Below are positions 12,859 through 23,777 of a stretch of DNA of 64,000 bases, one piece after another. Each line of letters opens with the position of its first letter. Positions within the stretch are counted from its first letter, which is position 1. The DNA is taken from assembly GCA_965649825.1 (NCBI GenBank), contig OZ287699.1:310001-374000 (forward strand). The letters are read 5' to 3'. A program made the position numbers and the translations under genes. Below the pieces are notes generated by a model. It ran no database searches and was not told where the DNA came from. It saw nothing but the letters and a program-made list of their open reading frames with translations. The DNA is from Penicillus capitatus (taxonomy: Eukaryota > Plantae > Chlorophyta).

Positions 12859-13820
12859 ATGTCGAAGCTAAACATCCTTTTCTTGACGGTAATCACAACG
12901 TCTGTCTTCTCGATGCATGCGCTGACTGTCGAACGGAATGTCTAGGTGCTATGCATGGCAACCGTGGCATTCGGTGCTGGTGGCCGTAGTCTGAAAAGAG
13001 AAGCAACGACCTATGGAGAGTTCGGCGTCGAACAAGAAAACGGAAAGACTTGGTTTGGCGCCAACCTCGAGGCGACGGATGGACACGCAAGTTCAAGTCT
13101 TGCCGTCTCTGCTAAGGTAAGACACCGAACGAACACACATAGAAGCTTCAGTGATTGGTTCAGGCCAAAGCCGTTGCGCGTAGCAAATTGGTAGCGGTTG
13201 TGAAAGAACTCTACAACGACGAGTACCTGAAGTCCTGCAAACATCCAGGCCATAAATGTTGTGAAACTGTCCGCTCTCTCATTAAGGAACGCGTTTGGGC
13301 AAAGGCCGTTGCCTTTGCAAAAGCCCATGTAACTATTGAAGCACAAGTAACCACCAAAGGGAAAGCAAGCGGTTGCACGGGAGCGAAGGCAGAAGCCTTA
13401 GCCCGAGCTACAGCAACCCTGAAGATTTTCGTTGATGCCGTTGCCGGGGTTTACGTTGGTCATGATGTGGAAGAAGCAAGGGCGAAGTTCCAGGCGAGCT
13501 TTAAAGCGATTGCAGAAGCTTTTGCGGCGGCAGCTCTTGGAGTGTGCGCTAGTGGTGACTCGCATGTCAATGCTGGAATCGAGTCCTTTTCTACTGGTTT
13601 TGCAAGCGTGTCTGTTGATCTCCTTGTTTTTCTACATGCTCAGATTGGATGCAAGGGCAGTGGATCGGCCGAACATGTGCAGCTCAAGGATAGCCCGACG
13701 ACAAGCACGAAGAGTACTACAAACTTTTATGGAGACGCAGAGGGAACTGCTTATGCTGCTGGAAATGGATTTGGAAGCGGATTCGCGAAGGCTTTCGAAC
13801 AGTTCGATGGGAAGCGTTGA
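12859..13820 (+). CDS. Secreted Ala/Cys-rich protein, paralog 2 (3 exons)
   Basis: Exons 12859-12888, 12946-13116, 13164-13820. Signal MSKLNILFLTVLCMATVAFG, then GRSLKR. Same intron pattern and Cys pattern as paralogs 1 and 3. Confidence 0.8.
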
Positions 13821-14126
13821 AAAGACGCTCTGCATTAGAAGCTTCGTGATCCCGATGAGACGCGTAACATCTGTTCCTAACGTGATGCTGATCCTGAGTA
13901 ATGACAACAGAAAGCCTCCATTCATGGGGGGTGGTGCCCAGACGCACGAGTATGACTACTTGTGATGTCAGAATTCTCGTTACTTTCATTGTTCCTTTCG
14001 TTTTTGTCTTCGTTTTGTTATTGTCTTTTCGTGTTGTACTGAAGGGATCTGTTTAATAAACAATAAGCAAACAGCGTTGTACACTGTATCGGTTGATCGT
14101 AGAAGTTGAGGGTTTACCTTTGATTA

Positions 14127-14368
14127 TTTAATAAACTTATGGATGTCATGTGTCAAGCGCGAGACACGGACCGATTCCGACATCGATCCGAAAAGACGCG
14201 CCCCCAGGTCGAGATCGAATCGTCGCATATCGACCTATCGTTCAAAGGTAAGAAAGTCGGTGCACTTTAGAAACCAATAGACGAGATCTGACTCCGTCTC
14301 GGCAGAGATGCGAGAAACGATGGCGATTCTGATCGCCCACCTGATGCCCCCATTCGAAAACGAATCGA
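14127..14368. repeat. Conserved non-coding block, copy A
   Basis: Aligns by eye to 17181-17430; both begin TTTAATAAACTTATGGATGTCATGTGTCAAGCGCGAGACACGGACCGAT. Confidence 0.85.
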
Positions 14369-15935
14369 TAGCGAGACGATCGCATTTTTCCGATCAGACG
14401 ACGTCGTCGAATCGCATCGCCGGCTGTCGATGTATCGCGCTTTTTCGTCAGCCCATCAGGTCAGCTCGGCACAGCGACTGAGTCATGCGCTAGAAGACTC
14501 TTCCACAAAACCCGAAGGGCCGAGTGTGAATCGACAGACAATGTCACACGCGTGCGAACCTCTGTTATTCTAAACTGAAAGAAACCAGCGAGCCGAGTAA
14601 CGATCTCTATCTCGCGTGCTGAGAGAGGCAACACGCGAACGGTCGTCACAGATTCCGTCAAAGCCGATTTTACGTCTTCCATCACAATTATGTCACCATA
14701 CCATCTTCGAAACGACGCTGTGTTCACCGTCTTCGAAAGAGGGGGACACGTTTACAAACGAACGCGCATTTTGCACGTAAAAAAAACACTTCCTCATTGC
14801 CGGTGATAAAAAACGATTTTGTTTTTCCTCGTTGACGTCATTCTGCATGTTGACGAGATAGACCGCTAATGGAGTGCGATATCTCTCTCTTTTTCGATGA
14901 CATTCGTCACGGTGTGACCTGATTGTCAAGATAATATACATATACATAGTTCTGACAACGGTTTCATCTATCTATTCACCATCGTTCACAACGGCACAAG
15001 CATGGGCCGGTCGCCTTCTCGAACATTGACAGCGTCGGCATGCTTCATGGATTGAGCTGGGAGTCATTTGTATGGTCAATAGATGGCCTCCTGGTCTTCT
15101 AGCATCTGCTGTCTACATAGCTTAAACGCTATCTTGATTTCCCATTCATACACATTGGATGAAGGTTCATGTCGCCTGTCCATGCCTGTCCATCTGTTTC
15201 TTGATGGTTGCATCATCTTGTGTTCACACTTGTGGATGAACCGCCAATCGCTACAAGGACTTGGCGTTGTGCCTGCATAAGGGTAGGTGTAAGTTAAACA
15301 TGGTATGCAGGTGCTCTTTTCGTGACTCGGACACGTCATACACCATCAGGAAGTTTTTTGTTTCTGCTTAAGTGTAACGAGTTCTCGCGATGTTTCTTTT
15401 TTCTTTGTTTAGATGCGCAACCGGATGCGCTCGGTGAAGAAGGCAGTGTCTATGTGAGCCTACAGATTACCCCTGGGTTGCTCCTAGGACGAGTCTCTCG
15501 CTAAACGGTTGTCGTGTCTTGATTCGGCTAACCGCGGTGTTTGAATGCCACTCAAAAGCAAAACAACTGCAAAGACGCGAGCCTTGATCCTTTTGACATC
15601 TGTCTACGGCTGCCAGCCTGTCTTTCTGCGCGACACATTTGACAGTTCGTTACGGTTGGTCTAACCAGTTCACGCCCTCTCAAGTAGCTCATCCAAAACG
15701 GTTCTTTTCATATTGTTTTGAATTTCATCGAAACGGTTTCCAGTGTTTATCTCGAAGAGTACAAAGCAAAATTTTTCGTCGCTCTAGATAATTTTTGCCG
15801 ACCAGGGTCCGTCTCGCGTCCCGTTGCTTCGTTCTCGTGATTTGAAAACGTCGTTCTGTCTGAGAGTGGGGCTCACCTTAACTGTTACACCGTGACGCAA
15901 TTTTCTGTTCTTAGTAGTTATCTACTTGCGACAGC

Positions 15936-16885
15936 ATGTCAAAGCTAAATATCCTTTTCTTGACGGTAGTCACAACGTCTGTCTTCTCGACGCATGCGCC
16001 GACGTCGAACGTCTAGGTGCTATGCATGGCAACCGTGGCATTCGGCGCCGGCGGGCGCAGTCTTATGCGTGCTAGCGCCGAAGGGAGATTTTCATCGACA
16101 TCAAAGGGAGGATTCGGTTTTGCTGGCGGGAGCGCCGAGTCAACTGATGGAGAAGCAAAAGCTGCCGCCTCAGTCGCGGCTAAGGTACAACACCTAATGA
16201 CGACGCTCCTATGCTCAAGAGTGTGCTGTAGTCCCAACACTTTGCGAAGTCGGACCTTGTGGCCTTCTTTAAACAAGTGGCGAATGCAGAGACCCTGGCT
16301 GAATGCTTCAAACATAACGATGGCGGCTACTGCTGCACCACTGTCAGCTCTCGAATCCGCGAGGATTTCCGGGCCATTGCTATCGCTCATGCAAAAGCCT
16401 TTGCCTCTGCCAAAGCAGATGTGACCGTCAATGGTCAAGGAAAAGCGTGTGCTGGAGGAAAGGCGGCTGCCAGCGCATTCGCCACAGCCTATATCAAAGT
16501 AGTCATCGACGCCATCGTCGAAGTTTACGGGTTTGATTATTACGAAGCAGCAAGGGCGTCTGTGAATTCACAACGTCACCTGATCGCCAAAACTTACGCC
16601 GAAGTGAATCTTGTCGCATGTGCTGGAAACGATTCGCAAGCTACCGCCTACATCAAGGCAGCAGCTGAAGCGTATACATCAGCCATTGTCGAGATATACC
16701 TCCGTTTGAATGCACAGTTCGGATGCCGCGGCACAGGATCATCTGACAATACACAAGTCAAAGAGGCACCAAAGGAAGAAACAGAGAGTCAGGTGCAGTT
16801 TGGAGGACTTATTAAGGGAACTGGCCACATCCTCGGGGACGGAAGCGCAGATGCTTCCACCTTCTTCAGCGACTGGGGACGTTAA
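15936..16885 (+). CDS. Secreted Ala/Cys-rich protein, paralog 3 (3 exons)
   Basis: Exons 15936-15965, 16017-16184, 16232-16885. Signal peptide identical to paralog 2, then GRSLMR. Confidence 0.8.
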
Positions 16886-17180
16886 ACAAGCTTTCCGTCG
16901 TGAAGCCATTTGATTCCAATCGGATGCGCTGCATCTGTTCAGATCTTATTTGTTGTTTGATGTCCATAACCGATACGCAACATAAAGCTTTGTTCACAAT
17001 GGTGTCTAGAAGCTTAATGATGTTCCCCTTGATGCCAGAATCTTAGCGATCTCATCGCTCATGTTCTTCATTTCATTTTGAGTTTGAACGATCGGTTTAG
17101 TAATAAAGATAATGCATTTCGTCAGAGATGTGTTTTCTAATGCCAGACCAGTTGTGACACTCAAAGCAGCTCCATCTTTG

Positions 17181-17430
17181 TTTAATAAACTTATGGATGT
17201 CATGTGTCAAGCGCGAGACACGGACCGATACCGCCATCGATGCGAAAAGATGACCCCGGGTCGAGATCGGATCGTCGCACAACGATCTACCGTTCAAAGT
17301 AAGAAGGTCGGTGCAGTTTAGGAAACCGATAGACGAGATCTGGCTCCGTCTTGCAAGAGATGCGAGAAACGACGGCGATTCCCATCTTCTGTCGCTGTCC
17401 ACTTGATGTCCCCATTCGAAAGCGAATTGA
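17181..17430. repeat. Conserved non-coding block, copy B
   Basis: Direct repeat of 14127-14368, about 300 nt downstream of the paralog stop codon in both cases. Confidence 0.85.
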
Positions 17431-17487
17431 CAGGGAGATGTATGTAAAGGAGCAATCTTGTTTGTGTGTGTCTCCGACACGTAGTCG

Positions 17488-18900
17488 TCAATAGTATCCG
17501 TAGACGACATGGTCCACTATTTCCATACAGACAGGGCAGCGCAGATCCTCCTGTCCCGCTAGCAGTCGTGCGCACGCATCACAGACACATCGATGTGATC
17601 TAGACCAATAACGCTGAGCGCGATCTTCTCAGCGTCACTCATGTAACCGTACGTGTTTCCGTGGACAAAACCCGACGTCTGGGAGTTTGCAAGACAGACG
17701 ACGCATTCCAGTCCTTTGTCGAGCGCGTCCAATGAACGCAGGGGTTGCGGTGTTGGATGCTTGATCGAGATGGTCACGACGATCGTGAACCACTCTCCTT
17801 GCAGAAAACCGAGGTCTGGATCGTCCAGAGCGATGCAATCGAGCAACGCCTCTTGTCCAAAGACTTCCCCAACTTGCGTAAAAGTGTGATCAAAATCTAA
17901 AGCATCTCACACTTCTGCCCTAACAATTCCCAACGGCAACGCACCTTCGAAACAGCTGCTTTGAGAGGCTGTGCGGTGTAAAGCGACGAGAGAGACATGC
18001 GCTTCGACGGAAGTTGCATTGCAGGACTTCAAGAAAACGGACATGTGACGTCCGCGGGCAACTCTTCCATTTGGATAGATCTCCAATATCCTACGCGTAT
18101 CCCTTCACAAGGCAAGCAGGATCTCGGCGATACCATTTGAGACCAGCGGCGAGGAATTCATCGCTGACGACACACCATGGATCCATCCGACGGAGACTCC
18201 GCAGTTGCCACTACATGGACTGCCTCTGACGTCTGCAAAGGCTCGAGGCTCACGGTATAGACTCCAAAAAGGTCGGTATGGCAGAAAGACGATTGCTCGT
18301 TCTCGGAGGAAGGCATTCTCATAACCAATCGTATCACAAACGCGTTCCCAATGAGGTATCCGTTGTGGGGATGATAGATGGAAGCGATGCTTGCAAACCG
18401 ATGCCAACCGAGTCCCCTTCCCGGAGAGAACTGTATTGAAGAGCCTGAGCGGTATTCATTGGGATAAACCGATGTCGAGCCGAAGGCTTACATGTTTGCT
18501 TGTTTTTCTGTGGGTCGTCCTTGTGGACGAGTGTCAAGCTAAATCGCACTTTGTGTGCTTCTTGGCTGCGCAAGATCAGGTAGATCGCAAGATATCCGTT
18601 TTCCGTCTGCTGGAAACTCAGCTCCCTACAACGAACACACGCAACAGGTTGCAAAACGAGAGACGCGATACGGACCAGTCATTGTCCGCTAATCGAAAGA
18701 CCTCTGTGCTAAAGCTCCTTTGCGCAATTCCAAGGAAATCTTTGTGTATATGGATCTGTGCCGAGAGATTGTAAGATGCATGGCAGTGACGTGTTTACTT
18801 CGTAGCTGCCCGTCCATGAGTTCGTTTCGAGACGGTAGGCGTAGGAGATGCGTTGACACACAGCACTTCCCTCTACGGAGAAGCGACTGTCCAGGATTAT
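17488..18900 (-). CDS. Tandem MATH/TRAF + C-terminal C3HC4-type RING protein (5' end approximate)
   Basis: Exons include GSAVCQRISYAYRLETNSWTGSYEV, NGYLIGNAFVIRL, DLGFLQGEWFTIVVTI and CVVCLANSQTSGFVHGNT/HRCVCDACARLLAGQEDLRCPVCME. Stop at 17490-17488. Paralog of 33864-35318. Confidence 0.75.
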
Positions 18901-19049
18901 GTGTTCCGGTGTCCGTTGTATTGCCTTGATAAATGGTGTCTCCTTGTCTGGTAACAAGAGGACGGCATGTGAGGCTGAGTGGATCTACCCTGTTTATCGC
19001 AGCATCGTACTAAATACACAGGCGTGAGAATCTCGAGAGTATGTGGATA

Positions 19050-19301
19050 CTATGTTCTTACATCAGGCGAAAGGCCGCGAGCGATATCGGTGCCCCAACG
19101 GCAAAGGGATCTGTAGGCACGACGAATCACAGGTTGAAGTTCTTTGCACAGTCGGCAGCAGAGCAGAAGGACAAAGACAATCTCTCCGATAACCAGCAAT
19201 GCCATGGCAGCGGGCTGCACGAATGTCTCTGCGAAAGTCGGTGGCGGCGGCGGAGGCGGCGGTGGAGGGGGTGGCGGCGGCGGCTCTCTGAAGAAGAACA
19301 T
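19050..19301 (-). CDS. Small (~83 aa) poly-Pro + single-TM protein
   Basis: MFFFRE-P15-TFAETFVQPAAMALLVIGEIVFVLLLCCRLCK...; encoded by a GGC/GGA/GGT-rich run on the + strand. A poly-Gly reading on the + strand is the alternative. Confidence 0.4.
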   Translation of the reverse strand: MFFFREPPPPPPPPPPPPPPPTFAETFVQPAAMALLVIGEIVFVLLLCCRLCKELQPVIRRAYRSLCRWGTDIARGLSPDVRT

Positions 19302-19608
19302 CTTTCTTGTTTGCCGTAGAGAGGGGTCAAGGGATCGAATGAACTGAAAGCGCGCAAGTAATAGACTCTTTCGTTGTACCTTTGCAAAATCTAACCGTAG
19401 ACGACCTGATCCTCTACCTCCTTCAACTCGACGGCGCTCCCGGCTGTTCTTCCTTTCTTCGGAGTTTCCCTCTTTCCTTGACGGCGTTCGGATTGATGCT
19501 GACGACGCGTGACGCTTTTGGCTCGAGCCAATCTTCACGGACGAGGCAAAAGTGCCACCGTACGTTAAGCGGCATGTAGGACGAGAACGTACAAGTCACG
19601 ACTTGTGT

Positions 19609-21186
19609 TTATCTTCGCCACTGCGGCGAGATCTCGAGGGGAGCATCGTCGCAGGACGAATAATCGACTCTAGACGTTTCCCACATCTTGATCCCACATC
19701 GTTCTAATGCCTCCTCCACGCGTTTCATCTCAGAATCGGCGGGCAGCTGGCCGTCCAGGGTCCCAAGCACAGCGCCTGTATAAGAGATTCCGGCAGCGGC
19801 GGCGGCGCCCGAATAGTAAAACAGTGCCCAGGTGAGCTCATCGTCCGCATCCACAATTTTCCAAAACTCATTCGACGTCACACCATTGTCCAGAACGGAA
19901 AAGTAAAAAGCTCCAGGATCTTTGGCTCGACGCACACGGTAGTGCCTTCTTCTCCAAACCGCTCGGCCATCCACAGTAATGACCTTGAACACGGGGTCAT
20001 ACCACATAGACGCACGGGCCTTGCCTTGGTAAAACAGCTGAAACTGACAGGGAAAGTAATCATAGGCCGGATTCTTTCCCAGCGTCACTTTCCAACTCCA
20101 CGCTTCCGTGCCCAGATTTCCAATAAAGATCTCTTCCGCTGTGTCAAAGGTAAGCGGTGCTCCACGAAAGAATCTCATTGGCTGAACGTCCGGTAACTGA
20201 GGGATGGAGGCTGTGTTGCCCAGACAGTTGTGTTTTTGCAGTATGCACAAAGAGAATTTCTCCAGGAGCTCTGATTCATACGAGACAATGCAACGATAGC
20301 TGCACACTTGATCATTGATTCCGCAGGAATTGATGCAGTCTAACCCCTTGCGGCATTGAGGGTCCAACAAACATCGTATCACTTCTTCTCTACAGTTGCG
20401 ACCGATGCATTTGATTGCCTCGAAGTCCGGATTCAGATCTGCCATTTCGGGCAACGGCGTGATAAACTGATCTGTTGCCAACTGCAAGAGATAGACGATG
20501 TCGTCTGATGTCTGCCGAGACCAAATGGTCGCCATAGCTGCATAGACATCTAGTATCTTCCTCGCAGCGGAACCGGGAATCCGCGACTGGATTCGCTGGA
20601 GCAGATTCGGAGCGGCAGGATTCATGCCACCAAGCGAAATCCAATGCGACAATTCGTCTGCCGTGCTTTCGAAACAGAGCACGACTTTCGGTCGACTTTC
20701 CTGGAGAAAACGTCCGTAGACAGCGGCGTCGATGTCACCCTTGACGATTCCGACAAAGAGAACGAGCTCTGGACGAGGCTTTGACTCTGAGATGGGATCT
20801 GAGGGAGACATGACGTTCGGCAAGAATCCAGGGTAACTCCATTTCAATCGTTGGCTGATGTGTTTCATGACATCGGACCACGACGGTCCAAAGGGACTCC
20901 TTTCGTCCGACGCAACGATCAGGACATTCACGACCTCCATCGTCTCCTCCGACATGTCTCGTTCCTAGAAACGCATTTTCGGTACAGAAGCTGAGCAGAA
21001 GCTGCGGACATGGGCACTGTCGGTCAGCGAATCGCCGATCTGCGTTCTCGTGCGGGACGTCACTTTTCTGATGGGAAGCGTCCGAACAGAAGACGATCGG
21101 TTCGACTGGTGCACCGTCGGGAGTGCCGTCACGTGATTCCTTCCCCACACACATCGTCCATTCAGCCGAAGGCGCAGAGACTGCAT
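19609..21186 (-). CDS. VDR: Violaxanthin de-epoxidase-related protein
   Basis: Cys-rich CLLDPQCRKGLDCINSCGINDQVCSYRCIVSYES and lipocalin-like GKNPAYDYFPCQFQLFY in the 448-aa ORF 19609-20955. A transit-peptide exon from ATG 21186 splices in phase 0 (inferred). Confidence 0.88.
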
Positions 21187-21249
21187 GATGTGACATCTCC
21201 TATCTCGCTTTCTCACTTCTCTTAACGTTTGACCTTCGGGCTGTCTGTC

Positions 21250-22461
21250 ATGGAACGCGTTCCTGCGTCTTCCTTTTCGTTACGTTTCGTAGCGCTCATC
21301 GTGTGTTGGTATCTTTTTACCTTGTGCAGCAACATGAGTGGCAAGGCTTTCGTCAAAAGAACGCTTGACGCCGTCTCACCCACGACGGTATCACTGGGTT
21401 GCGCCGCCGCCGTTTACATCGGACAGGAATTCTTGCGACGCAAAACGGACGACCATCGTATCAACTGGGAACTACACAAATGGGCCCTTGTGGTCGGCTT
21501 CATCCAATTTCTTGCTACGGCTCTGACCTACGCCAGCTTCGCCCTGTCATCCATATCATGGACCTACTGCTTTCGAACTCTGGAGCCCCTCATTTCCGCA
21601 GCCCTGCAGTACGTGGCATTTCGTGAGGTGCTGACAACGAAAGAGATTTCGGCGCTCTCTGCCTTGGCGATGGGCATTGTCATCACCGTTAACGCAACGG
21701 GAGGCGGTCAAGTCTACAGTGCATGGGTAGGTGGACTAGCGGCGACGGCAACGGCGATCTACAGCACGCGCAGTGTCGCAGGAAGTCGCGTCATGCGTCA
21801 ATACCAAGTATCTGGTCGCGATCTCTTCCTTCTGGCATCTGTCTATGGCTTCTTCTTCAGTATCTGGTCGCAGATCTCGATCTGCATTCTCAGATGCGTC
21901 AGTTTGAATGGCCTGCCGTGGCGTGTCTTTGGTCAGTTGACATTCACAGGCGTGTTTCACTGCATCTATAATCTGCTCTCCTTCCAAATCTTGGAGATGT
22001 TGCAGCCAGTTTCCCACGGCGTCTGCAATACGATGAAGCGTGTCTTCATGGTTGTCATTTCGGCTGCACTGTCTGGAAACTGGCTGACGCCTGTACAGCT
22101 TTTGGGCATGGTGATCGCCAACATCGCGGCCGCTGTGTATAGTATCGAAGTGCGGAAGAGACGAGAAGCCAGGCGATCCGAGATTCCTGTCATCCGTTCC
22201 GATGCTTCCGACGATGCTCTATACAATAATGCCACAGACAAGCTTGCGAACGATCCTAGACGCGAGAGCAAGAATCAGGGAGAGTCGAGCAAGTTCATGC
22301 TGTGGATGTTGGTGGTGCTGATGACAGGAGTCATGTACCTCGCTTTCGCTTTCTCGGCGCTCGACAGCTGGAGAATGAGCGGAGAGGAGAAACAGCCATC
22401 CTGGAACGCACAAGAGTTTTTTACGAATTTATTCACTGCACAAAGACCGCTGATTTCATAA
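21250..22461 (+). CDS. Triose-phosphate-translocator/EamA family transporter with an extra C-terminal TM
   Basis: Motifs CWYLFTLCSNMSGK, YCFRTLEP and PVSHGVCNTMKRVFMVV; multiple hydrophobic segments; intronless. Confidence 0.8.
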   Translation: MERVPASSFSLRFVALIVCWYLFTLCSNMSGKAFVKRTLDAVSPTTVSLGCAAAVYIGQEFLRRKTDDHRINWELHKWALVVGFIQFLATALTYASFALSSISWTYCFRTLEPLISAALQYVAFREVLTTKEISALSALAMGIVITVNATGGGQVYSAWVGGLAATATAIYSTRSVAGSRVMRQYQVSGRDLFLLASVYGFFFSIWSQISICILRCVSLNGLPWRVFGQLTFTGVFHCIYNLLSFQILEMLQPVSHGVCNTMKRVFMVVISAALSGNWLTPVQLLGMVIANIAAAVYSIEVRKRREARRSEIPVIRSDASDDALYNNATDKLANDPRRESKNQGESSKFMLWMLVVLMTGVMYLAFAFSALDSWRMSGEEKQPSWNAQEFFTNLFTAQRPLIS

Positions 22462-22702
22462 AAGCTGCTGTTGGCTCTAGCCGTGATTTCTGAGCCTGCT
22501 TATCGTAATCTAAGCGAAAACTGTTTCATCAGTTGCCTGTAGCCAGCCACATTAACGTCGGAGAAATCGCAACGTTACGAAATCAACAAGATTAAAAAAC
22601 ATCGTTGATCTTTGAATGGATAGATACAAACATCGTTTCTCCTCGGCTGATAAAATATATGTCAAGTGCATTCTCTCCGTGCATCGGGCCCAGCGAGCGG
22701 AT

Positions 22703-23777
22703 TCAAGCGTCTTCGTTGTACTCGATGCTCAACGGGGTGTCCGGTTTCGCTGGCTCTTCGATCTGCACCTCATCAGGCTCAACGATGGACACATTTTTCA
22801 CCAAGACGTAGACGCTGCCACGATCTCCGCGTAAGATTCGGGTGTCCGGGTCGAGGAAGGTGGTGAGAAGCCAGGTCTGGGAGCGTTCGCTTGCGATCGG
22901 GATTTTCAAATCAGGCTGCTGCGAGATGAGATTGCCCAACTGCGCGACGGCATCGCGAACGGAACTCTGCAACGGTTTCAATGCCGAGGCAACATTTGAG
23001 GTATCGATCTTCTGCCCCATGATCGTCATCGTCGACGGAATCTCGATATCCTTCAGCAACTCGGGCGTGCGAATGATGCCTTCCTCAAACTTCACTTGGA
23101 GACGGGACGGACTTCGCACTTCGAGCTTAGCCGTGGTGCTGAACGCCGTGCGCGTGAATGGTACCGTGATCTGCACCTAGTACGCCATACCAACCAGCGT
23201 CGGAAAAGATGGCGAGGAAAGAGAAGTGGGTTGGACCTGGTTCTCGGCTGTGAGGCTCAAGCCGTCAATTTTCTGTGTGATGTCGCCGATCGAGATAAAG
23301 GGCAAACGACTGAGGGCCAAAGTCGCAATGAGTTCGGAATTGGATGTGTAGACGAGTTTCCAGTCGCCGCTTAACATCTCCATGGCCTAAGAACGATGTC
23401 AGTCTAGAAAACGACAGAAGGGGATATACGCTGGTCGGTGAGGGCGTCGGGTTCTGTGCTTCCAACTGGGTGATGCATTCGTTGATCCGTGCCTTTGTCT
23501 CACCGCGTGCCGACAGCCCACGGTTCGTTCCGTACAGCGCATCAAGCAATGAGGACTTGAGCGAGGCGACGGAGTTCGGAAGTGGAGTTAAAGGAGTGGG
23601 TTCGACCGATGCGGCCGCGACGACCGCAGTGGGACCACGTCTGGTCATGATAGTCTCACTTTGCTTCGGAGAGGTGCATCCTGGTAGTCTTTCGCGTCGA
23701 AGGCTCGGCGTCGCTCTGAAAACAACACCAGGCGCGAGAGCCGTCGTGAGGCGCGTCGTTGCCGCGTGTCGATTCAT
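22703..23777 (-). CDS. Plastid lipid-associated protein / fibrillin (3 exons)
   Basis: LKSSLLDALYGTNRGLSA...ITQLEAQNPTPSP, LSGDWKLVYTSNSEL and WLLTTFLDPDTRILRGDRGSVYVL are PAP_fibrillin motifs; N-terminal transit-like region. Confidence 0.9.
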
